DNA of 64,000 nt. Origin: an uncultured Gammaproteobacteria bacterium (GTDB taxonomy: Bacteria > Patescibacteriota > Patescibacteriia > VMEV01 > CAYQCH01). The notes under the pieces were generated by a model that searched no databases, was not told the DNA's origin, and saw nothing but the letters and a program-made list of their open reading frames with translations. This document shows, piece after piece, positions 1 through 9,190 of this stretch (the first letter of the stretch is position 1; each line of letters starts with the position of its first letter). The position numbers and the translations under genes are program-made. Location of the stretch: the NCBI GenBank assembly GCA_964503955.1, contig CAZDCG010000001.1, positions 173,804-237,803 of the forward strand, in the 5' to 3' direction.

Positions 1-1832
1 CTCATATTGGGCCCCGTCAGCAAATGAAAACAGGTTTGCTCACCCATGATCAAGTCATTTGGGATATACGGATCGCTTTGCAGCGATTCAATCACAGGAT
101 GACGGCCCTGTTTGATCATCAGCCCCTCTTTGCTGATTTGCGGACGGCAATAATTCCTGTCTGCCGCCAGCTGGGCGTATGAGGCAAGAACATCAAGCTG
201 CGCCAGGGACCGAGCGGTTTCCCGCAGTGCTGACAAATGCGCAAAAACCTCAGAGCGCAACTCCTCAAACAATTGCTGCTCAATTAAAATCATTTTATCC
301 TGCGCGCCAAGAATTTTTTCTTCGTATTCTTTCAGCTCGGGCGTGATAAAGCGCTCGGCATTTACCAGTGTTTGCTTGCGGATATAATCTTGCGGAACAT
401 TAGCCAGATTCGCCTTGCTGATCTCAATATGGTAGCCAAACACTTTATTAAACTTCACTTTCAGCGAAGCAATACCCGTGCGCTCGCGCTCCTTCTCCTG
501 CAGATTGCTGATCCACTCTTTGCCCGATGTTGAAAGCACGCGCAGCTCGTCAAGTTCGGCATGCACTCCTTCTCTGATATAACCGCCGTCCTGCATCAGA
601 ACCGGCGGATCATCCTGCAGCGTCGCTTCAATTCTTGCAACAAGATCGTCATGCGTATGAAGATGCTGCAGCAAATCAGCCAGCAATGTGCTTTTCAAGG
701 CAGCAGGTTTGAGTGTTTCTTTTATCGTTGGAATTTTTTTGACCGCTTCTTTTACGTTGAAGAGGTCCCGGGGATTCACGCGCAATGTCCCGACTTTTCC
801 TAAAAGCCGCTCTAAATCGCAGATTCCTGAAAGCTGCTCGCGTACTTCGCCGCGCACCGGAGACTGCTGCATGAATTGGTCAACCGCGACCAGGCGTTCT
901 TCGATTTTCTTTGCGTCGAGCAGGGGGTGGGAAAGCCACCAGCGCAGGAGACGTCCGCCCATGGGCGTGACGGTTTGATCAAGCACGGAAATCAAGGTTC
1001 CCTCATTCTGTCCGGTCTGCTGGTTGGAAAAGAGTTCAAGATTGCGAATGGTCGATTCATCAAGAATCATGTAATCGCCCGGCTGGTAACGTTCGATCGA
1101 TTGAATATGCCCAAGCGCGGTACGCTGAGTTTCCTGCAGATAAGCGACCAGATGCGCGGCAACGCTAATGAGCAAAGGCTCATGTTCAAGGCCGAATCCA
1201 TCAAGCCCGACCGTATGAAATTGCTCCGTCAGCAATTCCTTTTTATCTTTCCAGGCTGGCAAAGCAAATTCGCTCACCGTGATATACCCAGAAAGCTGAT
1301 CGGACCATGATTGCTTTTGCGCGAGCAGCAGCTCAGCCGGACGAAGCCGCGAGATCTCATCCATCAATTGCGCGATGCCTTCAAGCAATGCCACCTGAAA
1401 TGTCCCGGTGGTGATATCCACCAAACCAAGGGCGAACTTGTCTTGATCCTGGTCAACAGCGCAAAGATAATTCGCTTCTTTCTGCGAAAGAATAGAGTCA
1501 TCAAAGGTTGTGCCGGGCGTGACGATGCGTGTCACCTCACGGCGCACAGGCCCTTTTCCATCCGGAGCGGAAAGCTGGTCGCAGACAGCCACTTTCTTGC
1601 CGGCGCGCGTGAGCTTTGCGATATACTGCTCGCCGGCACGGATCGGCGCGCCGCACATGGCTATTTCATTTTCAGTTCCTTTGCCGCGCGCGGTCAGCGT
1701 CAAATCCAGGATACGCGAGGCTTCAACCGCGTCGTCTCCAAACAATTCATAAAAATCTCCCATTTGAAAAAAGAGCACCGCATCGGCATGCTGCTTTTTG
1801 ATCTGAAAATATTGTTCAAGCATGGGAGTCAT
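1..1832 (-). CDS. mutS: DNA mismatch repair protein MutS. N-terminal ~610 aa are present; the C-terminus runs off the window start.
   Basis: The reverse complement of 1832 downward reads MTPMLEQYFQIKKQHADAVLFFQMGDFYELFGDDAVEASRILDLTLTARGKG..., the canonical MutS N-terminal mismatch-binding domain. There is no stop before position 1, which is why it is missing from the ORF track. Confidence 0.9.
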   Translation of the reverse strand, partial: MTPMLEQYFQIKKQHADAVLFFQMGDFYELFGDDAVEASRILDLTLTARGKGTENEIAMCGAPIRAGEQYIAKLTRAGKKVAVCDQLSAPDGKGPVRREVTRIVTPGTTFDDSILSQKEANYLCAVDQDQDKFALGLVDITTGTFQVALLEGIAQLMDEISRLRPAELLLAQKQSWSDQLSGYITVSEFALPAWKDKKELLTEQFHTVGLDGFGLEHEPLLISVAAHLVAYLQETQRTALGHIQSIERYQPGDYMILDESTIRNLELFSNQQTGQNEGTLISVLDQTVTPMGGRLLRWWLSHPLLDAKKIEERLVAVDQFMQQSPVRGEVREQLSGICDLERLLGKVGTLRVNPRDLFNVKEAVKKIPTIKETLKPAALKSTLLADLLQHLHTHDDLVARIEATLQDDPPVLMQDGGYIREGVHAELDELRVLSTSGKEWISNLQEKERERTGIASLKVKFNKVFGYHIEISKANLANVPQDYIRKQTLVNAERFITPELKEYEEKILGAQDKMILIEQQLFEELRSEVFAHLSALRETARSLAQLDVLASYAQLAADRNYCRPQISKEGLMIKQGRHPVIESLQSDPYIPNDLIMGEQTCFHLLTGPNM

Positions 1833-2027
1833 ACAGAAGACGCACAGACTTTATGGACTTGGCAGACTCACAGACAAATACAGTAAGCACTATTATAGCA
1901 GGTCAGCGCATGAGCGCGAGCGGCCCCAAGATCAAGCCGAACAAGAATGTTATTCAGCCGTTTTTCAAAGAAAAACTCACAAACGTGATCGTCTGTGAGT
2001 CTAAACATCTGTATGTCAGTCTTTGTT

Positions 2028-2666
2028 TTAACAGCCGCACCCTCCGCCACAGCAGCCGTCTTCCTTCTTTTCACCTTTGCAATGGCAGTCGCTCATCGCT
2101 TTGCCGCAAGGACAGCTTTCTTCTTCGCGCAGGGAGATAATCTTGAATCCTTCGCCTGAAGGCATGCTCACAAAGTCAACCAAGCTTGGTTTCATCAAAG
2201 ACAACGATTTATCGGTAATAAAGATTTTCCAACCTTGCCATTCCATGGTTTTTTCTTCCCCTTCAGGTTCCGCGACAAGGTCGAGGAAATACTCGAGCGC
2301 CTTGCCATGTTTTGTTGCTTCCACCTTCAAACCAAAACCCTGCTGGCCTTCGGTTTCAGCAATTGCTTCAAGGGCATCAATCGCGTTTGGACTCAGCGTA
2401 ATCCCCTCCGGGTTCAATTCGTAATCCGGCTTTTTGGTGACGACAAGATTGAGCTCGTCTATGAGGCTTTCAATGCTTTCTTTTTGCATGCCATGCCCAA
2501 GAGCTCCCTGCTCAATGGTTTCAAAAGGATTGACCGCGCAGCCCACGCATTGCAGGCCATAACTTAAGAGCACCTCAGCGGTCTGAGGGTATTCTTTCAC
2601 GACCGTTCCGATCGTCATTTGTGGATTGATTGGCTGGTTTTCCATAGTGGGATGATTATGGCACAA
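2028..2666 (-). CDS. DUF1858 / hybrid-cluster-associated redox-disulfide-like domain protein with a HesB/IscA-like middle region and a Cys-rich C-terminal tail
   Basis: The 212-aa ORF has an N-terminal QCVGCA motif. Its middle resembles the Fe-S scaffold fold (GFGLKVEATKHG...GFKIISL). The C-terminus is CPCGKAMSDCHCKGEKKEDGCCGGGCGC. The true start may be the internal MENQ at about 2645. Confidence 0.55.
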   Translation of the reverse strand: MCHNHPTMENQPINPQMTIGTVVKEYPQTAEVLLSYGLQCVGCAVNPFETIEQGALGHGMQKESIESLIDELNLVVTKKPDYELNPEGITLSPNAIDALEAIAETEGQQGFGLKVEATKHGKALEYFLDLVAEPEGEEKTMEWQGWKIFITDKSLSLMKPSLVDFVSMPSGEGFKIISLREEESCPCGKAMSDCHCKGEKKEDGCCGGGCGC

Positions 2667-2756
2667 AAAGAGAGGAAAATCAAGGTAGCTGAAGTAAGGC
2701 CATTCTCTTTGTTGAAGATGACAATGAAAAAAAATGTCGCAAAGGAGAAACGAAAA

Positions 2757-2786
2757 GAGCGGCTTGAGCCGCTCCTTTTTATTCGT
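2757..2786 (-). terminator. Rho-independent terminator downstream of the ATP-grasp gene; hairpin is symmetric
   Basis: The stem is gagcggc/gccgctc with loop ttga, and T-runs follow on both strands. Confidence 0.5.
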
Positions 2787-2813
2787 AATTCGTATAGATT
2801 CGTGTTTGTACTC

Positions 2814-4097
2814 CTAAATTTCAATCTGTATCGCCTTTTCCATGCGGCGGACATCAGCAAGCAATTCTTCGCGGGTATCGGCCGATAGCGTAATGTCTAA
2901 TACCTTGTTGAATCCGTCTTTTGAAAGCCCGGCCTTGTCTCCCACTTTCTTTACCATGATGAATTCCCGCAATGTCTTTAACTCGCGAACTTTTTTGATT
3001 CCTTTAATTGATTTAATCACCCCTTTCTTTTTGGGGAAGATATTAAATGACGCGACATATTTATGAATTTTTCTGTGCACCACCGGCTTTTCTCCCATGC
3101 GGGTAAGCAAATCATTCATCCCATGAGGGATATGATACGCCTCGCGGTACATTAGATCGCGGTGTCCGCCCATGCGCGCATCTACTTCAAGGACTTTCCA
3201 GCCTTCATCAAGTTTGATGAACTCCATATGCAGCATGCACGCGCGCAGCCCAAGCGCGATAACCGCTTTCTGGGCTACCTCCTGTGCCTTGGCTTCTTCT
3301 TCCAGAGTCAAACGCGTCGGCGTGATGTGTCGATAGGTGAAGAAATCATCCACGCCGATCTGCATGCCTGTTTTGTAGTGGGTGGCGGGCAGCAACGTAA
3401 TCTTCTGCCCGGTTTGATCGACATATCCGTCAATGGCGTAATTTTCTCCCTCCATGAATTGCTCCACAATCACCTCGGGTTCCACCATGGCTCCGTTTCT
3501 TTTATAAGCGCTGCGCAACCCGCGATACACCTTGCGCAAGGTTGATTGCAATTCTTCTTCATGAAAGCAGATGGATATCAAACGGCTGGCAGCCAGGCTC
3601 GCCGGCTTTACGATACAAGGAAAACCAACGTATTTCTTCACACGCTCCACGTCTTCTTTTCTTGCCCCATGAACCGATGTGAATTTCGGCGTGATTTCAG
3701 GGGCATAGCGTCGAAACTTTCGCCGCATGATGAGCTTATTGCCGCAAGCTTCCATGGAATCCTTGGTCGGCATAATCAAGTGCGGGAACAATCCGATCAA
3801 ATGCGCGTAAAGTGGCATGTAAAAAACCGAACGGCAGGAGACAACCATCACCTGGTCGCGGATCGGCATTAAAGCCTTTTCGATAGCCGCGGTATTCTTC
3901 ACGTCAACGGGAATAATAAAATCGATTTTTTCTTCCAACTCAGGATGTTTTGAAGGGACACGTTTATCAACCAAAAAAGCAACCCTTAACTTATAGCCAA
4001 GATGTTTTTCAAGATCTTTGACTGCCTGTAATGATTCAGGGATATAGGGCCCCACGTACAGGACAATATTTGGTTTTGATGGCATAAAAGAAAACAA
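2814..4097 (-). CDS. ATP-grasp domain protein (carboxylate-amine ligase-like)
   Basis: The 427-aa ORF has the central ATP-grasp fold, visible in ...GFPCIVKPASLAASRLISICFHEEEL...EQFMEGENYAIDGYVD...MLHMEFIKLDEGWKVLEVDARMGG. Confidence 0.7.
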   Translation of the reverse strand: MFSFMPSKPNIVLYVGPYIPESLQAVKDLEKHLGYKLRVAFLVDKRVPSKHPELEEKIDFIIPVDVKNTAAIEKALMPIRDQVMVVSCRSVFYMPLYAHLIGLFPHLIMPTKDSMEACGNKLIMRRKFRRYAPEITPKFTSVHGARKEDVERVKKYVGFPCIVKPASLAASRLISICFHEEELQSTLRKVYRGLRSAYKRNGAMVEPEVIVEQFMEGENYAIDGYVDQTGQKITLLPATHYKTGMQIGVDDFFTYRHITPTRLTLEEEAKAQEVAQKAVIALGLRACMLHMEFIKLDEGWKVLEVDARMGGHRDLMYREAYHIPHGMNDLLTRMGEKPVVHRKIHKYVASFNIFPKKKGVIKSIKGIKKVRELKTLREFIMVKKVGDKAGLSKDGFNKVLDITLSADTREELLADVRRMEKAIQIEI

Positions 4098-4399
4098 ACC
4101 GGAAGACAGACAGATCCGCCTTTACACCGGTTTTACTTCCATGGCGTAAGTATAACACCCAAGTCTGACTTGTCTAGCAAATTTGTCAATCTGTGTCAAT
4201 GATACACGTCGAGAAATTCTTGAAAATGACTGAAAAGAGCCTTAATAAACATCGATGCACAGGAGGAAGAAAATATTTCGTTCAAATGCAATGAACAATT
4301 GAGTACCGGAGTAAGGCGTACTGGAACGTACGCCGCACGAGGAACGCAGATTGTGAAGAAGCAGTTGACGGAAGATTTTCTTCCCTCAACGAAAATACC

Positions 4400-4428
4400 G
4401 TCCTCCGAAGAGGACGGCACAAGCATCG
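4400..4428 (-). terminator. Rho-independent terminator after the CofE-like gene
   Basis: The hairpin is ccgtcctc cgaa gaggacgg. On the minus strand it is followed by TATTTTCGTT. Confidence 0.5.
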
Positions 4429-4499
4429 AGAGAAAAGATTGTTTCCTGTGATGCCGCTATCTTATCAGAAGCAGTAAACATGTCAATGTGTATAACTGC

Positions 4500-5213
4500 C
4501 TACGCAATGCTCTTGAACAAAGGACCGTACAAATCGTCTTCAAGAGGGATCTTTAATTCATCTGGATCAACCGGGGTATCTGTGAAATCCGCATCAAATC
4601 CTTTGATATGCACAAGCGGCTGGCGTTCGTCCCCTTCGCCCATCACAAGGACAGCGGCGGAAGCGAGTCCATCGGGAATATTAAGTTTTGCGAGTTTGAA
4701 CGGACGGCCAAAAATATCCGGCGTGCCGACATAATCTCTCAATCCTTTAAATCCAGCGTATCCGTAGGCCACGCCAAGCGTTCCTTTGCGCAGCGGCATC
4801 ACGCGGCTGTCGGTTACGATGACACCAAGCTCTTTTACGCCAAGCCGCTTCATTAATGCTTCCCGAACAGAACGTGCAACCGCAAAACTGTCTTTTGGCA
4901 AAAGAATAAAGTAGTCGCCGCCCGCATTTGATTCATCAATGCCGGCGCTCGCCATAACCAAACCGTCTTTGAGCGTAAGCCAGGTATACGGGGTACGGAT
5001 AGCCGTATCGCTTTCCGCTTTGATCAATTCTTCTTTTTGATGTTCCAAATTCTCGCCGCGATGAGGAACAACCCTGTTCTCCGCCAGCGCCGCGATTTTT
5101 GACGTGATAACAATAATATCCCGCTCACCGGTATCCTTGATATGCTCCAAAATAAAATCGACCAGGTTTTCCCCGAGCTGAAAAATTCTTGTTTTGATTG
5201 GCATGACCTGCAT
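4500..5213 (-). CDS. CofE-like F420-0:gamma-glutamyl ligase family protein
   Basis: The 237-aa ORF has VITSKIAALAENR and AGIDESNAGGDYFILLPKD motifs typical of CofE/FbiB N-domain ligases. Confidence 0.7.
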   Translation of the reverse strand: MQVMPIKTRIFQLGENLVDFILEHIKDTGERDIIVITSKIAALAENRVVPHRGENLEHQKEELIKAESDTAIRTPYTWLTLKDGLVMASAGIDESNAGGDYFILLPKDSFAVARSVREALMKRLGVKELGVIVTDSRVMPLRKGTLGVAYGYAGFKGLRDYVGTPDIFGRPFKLAKLNIPDGLASAAVLVMGEGDERQPLVHIKGFDADFTDTPVDPDELKIPLEDDLYGPLFKSIA

Positions 5214-5321
5214 AGATCGATAACAGGTTTTAGATCTTCACGTTCTTGATGGATAGCTCGTTAACCCGTGAACGCGTTAACAATGAGCGAGTAGCTCGTT
5301 ATTCAATGTCACTTTGTTCTG

Positions 5322-5582
5322 TCAAAGCATCTTATTATAGAGCCACACAAAAAACGTACCGATGATGCCCCCGAGAAAAAATCCCCAGACAAGTGCGAGA
5401 AAGAAACCAGCCCAAGTCGGTTCAAGTCCGGGCAAGAGATCGCTCATCAGCTCAAGAAGCTGCCGGCCTCTTCCAAACATTGCCACGATCACCAAAGCGC
5501 CAAGCATGAGCGATGCCGTTGAGCCGGTTGTCAGCAGAAAACCGGAAACGCATAAGGGACGGTGCTTATGATGGTCAAGCAT
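5322..5582 (-). CDS. small hydrophobic membrane protein (start uncertain)
   Basis: It has two predicted transmembrane helices (LGALVIVAMFG..., FFLALVWGFFLGGIIGTFFVWLY). The likely start MLDHH overlaps the upstream stop by 8 nt. Confidence 0.35.
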   Translation of the reverse strand: MLDHHKHRPLCVSGFLLTTGSTASLMLGALVIVAMFGRGRQLLELMSDLLPGLEPTWAGFFLALVWGFFLGGIIGTFFVWLYNKML

Positions 5583-6438
5583 ATCGAGAAATTGATGAAG
5601 AAGGAGGCAGCATAACGGCTTTGCAGGTCTTTTGCAACTCAACAATGCGTGTTTTAGACAGACCGGTTTTTTTCGCCAAAGCACCCGGCTCTTTTTTCAC
5701 CAGCTCTCTGCAGAGCGTGACCTTCTGCTTCATAAGCGCCTGCAATTCATCATCCGCCAAATCATCCAAGACGGAAATCGGATAGAGCTGCACAAGGTCA
5801 ACCATGCGCGCAAACGTGCGTTCTTTCGGGTGATTCCAGCCGATCATCACCATATTTTTGCAATGAGCGAATTTCAGAGAATGTTCCGTAAATCGTGCAT
5901 TGGTGACAATCCAGGCTTCATCAAAATGCGGACAAAGCCCAAGCTTTGCGCCATCGACCAGATCTAAATACCTGGACCAGGTTGCCATGGTGTCTTTGAT
6001 ATTAACGACATCATTAAAGTTATTGCGGAACTTGGCTTCGATAAACATTGTCCGGCCATCCTTCTCCGCGATTACGTCGACTTCATGCGTGACGCAGGCA
6101 CCCTGCAGCTCATAAGGCAGCTGCGTTTTATATCCGTATGCTTCAAGAATTGCCGCGACATATTTTTCAAAGTTGAATCCAGCCGGCCCCAGCCTCCCTA
6201 AAGCATTGCGCAGCTGGTAGCGGGCCCCGGCCGCCGGATCACGCTCGGCCAGTTCCGCGCGAACCATGTCCATGATTTCCTCGGTTGTGATTTTTGGCCT
6301 CAGACGCTCTTGAATAGTGCCAAGAATTTCCTGAATCTGTTCAGGAGACGCGCCGCTGCGGCCAAGCGTGGTTTCAATGCGGACAGGGTCAAACGGCACA
6401 AGTTTACCATTTGATTTCCTTACCATGATGCGAGCCAT
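5575..6438 (-). CDS. ATP-cone domain protein fused to an Mrr-like restriction endonuclease domain
   Basis: The N-terminus (MARIMVRKSNGKLVPFDPVRIETTL...ITTEEIMDMV) is an ATP-cone. The C-terminal half (CVTHEVDVIAEKDGRTMFIEAKF...) has a PD-(D/E)xK Mrr_cat-like pattern. Confidence 0.7.
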   Translation of the reverse strand: MARIMVRKSNGKLVPFDPVRIETTLGRSGASPEQIQEILGTIQERLRPKITTEEIMDMVRAELAERDPAAGARYQLRNALGRLGPAGFNFEKYVAAILEAYGYKTQLPYELQGACVTHEVDVIAEKDGRTMFIEAKFRNNFNDVVNIKDTMATWSRYLDLVDGAKLGLCPHFDEAWIVTNARFTEHSLKFAHCKNMVMIGWNHPKERTFARMVDLVQLYPISVLDDLADDELQALMKQKVTLCRELVKKEPGALAKKTGLSKTRIVELQKTCKAVMLPPSSSISRYA

Positions 6439-6725
6439 AGGCAAAAACATTATCTATAGAGAGTATAGGCCAGATGACTGACCTCGTCGAGATAATGTTT
6501 TGCAAACGATCCCAGACGCGCAAGTCCCTCAAATGTATCAGATAGAACAAAAAAGATAAAAGATGCAAGGAGTAAGCTGATGCGCTGATTACTGATACGC
6601 TGAACGCTTGAGCTGAGTGCTTTCTTTCATGCCTCCAGCACACAGCATCAGCAACAGTGATCAGTGTTCAGTACTCAGCTTACCCTCAGACACACTGCCC
6701 ATAACCCGTCACCCGCAACCTCTTA

Positions 6726-8726
6726 CTACTGCCCTGTTCTTAGCGCATTGCCTCTCACAATGGCTCCCTGCCGTGGATCGGTTTGCCAAGGTGCGACATA
6801 TTCATCGCGCGGTCCATATGCCGTGTATACACGCACCGTTTTCAGATCAGGCGGTATTTCAAACGTTTCAGGTTCGTGATTTGCCAGATATTTATCCATG
6901 AATGAGCGCCAGACAGGAGCGGCCACCACCGCGCCCGCCCCCCCATATCGTAGCGGCGCATTATCATGATTCCCCGCCCAGACTCCGACCACGATGGACG
7001 GCGTATAGCCGATTGTCCAGGCATCACGATAGTCCTGGCTGGTTCCGGTTTTTGCCGCGACCTGTCGATCATAAAAGGATAAGGGGCTTCGCGCGCCAAA
7101 AACCGGAGTACGCGCCCGATTGTCGCTGAGAATGGATGTAATTTGATACGCCGTTTCCGGTTTAACGATTTCGCGAGGAAGCGCGGTTTTCCAATCGATC
7201 CTCCCCCCTTCAAGCGTTTGAATCGAAAGAATGCCTGTTGGAGAAATCTGGGTTCCCTGATTGGCGAATGTTCCGTACGCGCTGACAAGATCAAGCAGCT
7301 TGACCTCCGCGCCCCCAAGTACGATAGACGGACCAAAACGTTTGCGGTCTTCAAGCGTGGTAATGCCAAGATCCTCGGCAAAATCAATCGCCTCGTCCAC
7401 GCCAACCCGGATCACGGCTTCCACTGCGGGCACATTCAGCGATTGCGCGAGCGCGTCACGCAGGGTGATAGGACCTCGGAATTTCAAATCATAGTTTTGC
7501 GGGATATAAACCTGCCTGGGATCAAGACTGAAATTGCGCGGAGCATCCATGAGAATACTGGCCGGCGTCACTTTTTGTTTATCAAGCAGCGCGGCATACA
7601 CCAGCGGCTTAAACGAGCTTCCCGGCTGACGGTTGGCGGTTGTCATATTCACGTTTGCCGCTTCGCCTTCGAAATAATTTTTATTGCCAAGCATGGCAAG
7701 GATTTCTCCATTTCTTGGATCAAGCGCCACAAGACCTGTACTGTCCGCATTGTATCTGTTCAGCCGCTCATCCTGCTCTTGCACGGATTCCATTGCCAAA
7801 AGCTGGAGATGGTAATCAAGCGTTGTGGTCACGACAAGCCCGCCCTGCTCCACTCGTTGTTTTCCAAGCGCTTCCTCAAGCTGCTGGCGTATATGCATGA
7901 CAAAATGCGGGGCTTTAATCTCCATTTTCCCGCTGCCAAACTGGATTGCATCCGACAAAGCCGTAGAATAGGTTAACTCATCAATATATCCATGCGCATA
8001 CATCTTTGCGAGAATATAATCCCGCCGTTCAATAAGCGCGTCGACATGCCCGTTAAAAGGCGACAAATACGTCGGATGCTTTGGCAGTGCGGCCAACGTT
8101 GCCGCCTCGGCCACGGAAAGTTCGCTGGCATGCTTGTCAAAATACAAACGGCTTGCAGCCTCGGCTCCGTAGACATTTGATCCGTACGGAATGGTATTAA
8201 GATACAGATGCAGGATATCTTCCTTTGAAATCGCCAGATCAACGGCAACACTCATGAAAATTTCCTCAAGCTTGTCTCCATATCCTTGCGAAGGACCAAG
8301 GATTGTATTTTTAACAAGCTGCTGGACAAGCGTGGACCCTCCCTCGACCACTTCCTGCGCCTGCCAATTGCGCCAGAACGCGCGCAGGATTCCAAGCGGA
8401 TCAAAACCGGTATGTTTATAAAATCGTTCGTCTTCTGCCATCAAGGTAGCGTCGATCAAGGCCTGAGGAATTTGATCACGCTCAACGGGAATACGTCGTA
8501 TGTCTCCAAAAAATTCATAAAGCAGCACGCCATGACGGTCAAGGATTTGTGAAGAGCTTGGAAACTGCGTAATCAGCTCGACTTTGTCGGCATAGACCTC
8601 TTCAACGTAATAAAGACTGGCGCGCAGAGGCAGCAAAACGAAAAGCGTACCCAAAATCAGCCAGCGATAACATCTGCGATGTTGGCAAGTTCGCTTGATC
8701 TTCATAGAGGTCGGCCGGCTTGGCAA
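6726..8726 (-). CDS. class A penicillin-binding protein (PBP1A-type transglycosylase/transpeptidase)
   Basis: The N-terminus has a signal anchor. The glycosyltransferase 51 motif EDERFYKHTGFD and RQPGSSFKP (SxxK), SLN and KTGT transpeptidase motifs are present. The protein is 666 aa. Confidence 0.9.
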   Translation of the reverse strand: MPSRPTSMKIKRTCQHRRCYRWLILGTLFVLLPLRASLYYVEEVYADKVELITQFPSSSQILDRHGVLLYEFFGDIRRIPVERDQIPQALIDATLMAEDERFYKHTGFDPLGILRAFWRNWQAQEVVEGGSTLVQQLVKNTILGPSQGYGDKLEEIFMSVAVDLAISKEDILHLYLNTIPYGSNVYGAEAASRLYFDKHASELSVAEAATLAALPKHPTYLSPFNGHVDALIERRDYILAKMYAHGYIDELTYSTALSDAIQFGSGKMEIKAPHFVMHIRQQLEEALGKQRVEQGGLVVTTTLDYHLQLLAMESVQEQDERLNRYNADSTGLVALDPRNGEILAMLGNKNYFEGEAANVNMTTANRQPGSSFKPLVYAALLDKQKVTPASILMDAPRNFSLDPRQVYIPQNYDLKFRGPITLRDALAQSLNVPAVEAVIRVGVDEAIDFAEDLGITTLEDRKRFGPSIVLGGAEVKLLDLVSAYGTFANQGTQISPTGILSIQTLEGGRIDWKTALPREIVKPETAYQITSILSDNRARTPVFGARSPLSFYDRQVAAKTGTSQDYRDAWTIGYTPSIVVGVWAGNHDNAPLRYGGAGAVVAAPVWRSFMDKYLANHEPETFEIPPDLKTVRVYTAYGPRDEYVAPWQTDPRQGAIVRGNALRTGQ

Positions 8727-9124
8727 AGCCGGATGGAAGTTAGGTTCCCGCTTCGTCTAACTGTATTGAGACAATACAGGCAGACAACAGGAACGACGGT
8801 TCAATATGAAGAGTTCTGATTTCGAGAACGCTTCTCTCTTTCGGAGATGGATTGTCAAAAGACGGATCAGCTTAGTCGGTGGTCGAGATTGACACGAGAC
8901 GAGAAATGAATCGAGTTGAACTCCATCTATAACGTATCACTTCCATTGAAACGTTCAAGCTGTGTATAACTCCGTCATCAGTTTTGATGCATATGCATCT
9001 GTTCAAACATGAATCAAACGTTCCAGATAGACCACAACATTCCCGGACGAGTCCGCGGAATTTCAAATCTAACACGATCGTTAACGAGTTGTTCATGACT
9101 TGTAACCCGCTCACTCAAAACGAA

Positions 9125-9176
9125 GAAGACCCGCCGTCCGCAGCATCGATCGACACTGCTTCTGGCGGGTCTCTTC
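9125..9176 (-). terminator. imperfect hairpin just downstream of the high-GC island's 3' gene
   Basis: The arms are gaagacccgcc ... ggcgggtct(c)ttc. It lies immediately 3' of the stop at 9191. Confidence 0.35.
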
Positions 9177-9190
9177 AGAAGACGGGCAGC

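Noticed and set aside
876-1886. Plus-strand ORFs 876-1310, 1311-1886 and 1510-1752
   Set aside because: They are antisense to the clearly recognisable mutS coding sequence, and the translations have no domain-like features.
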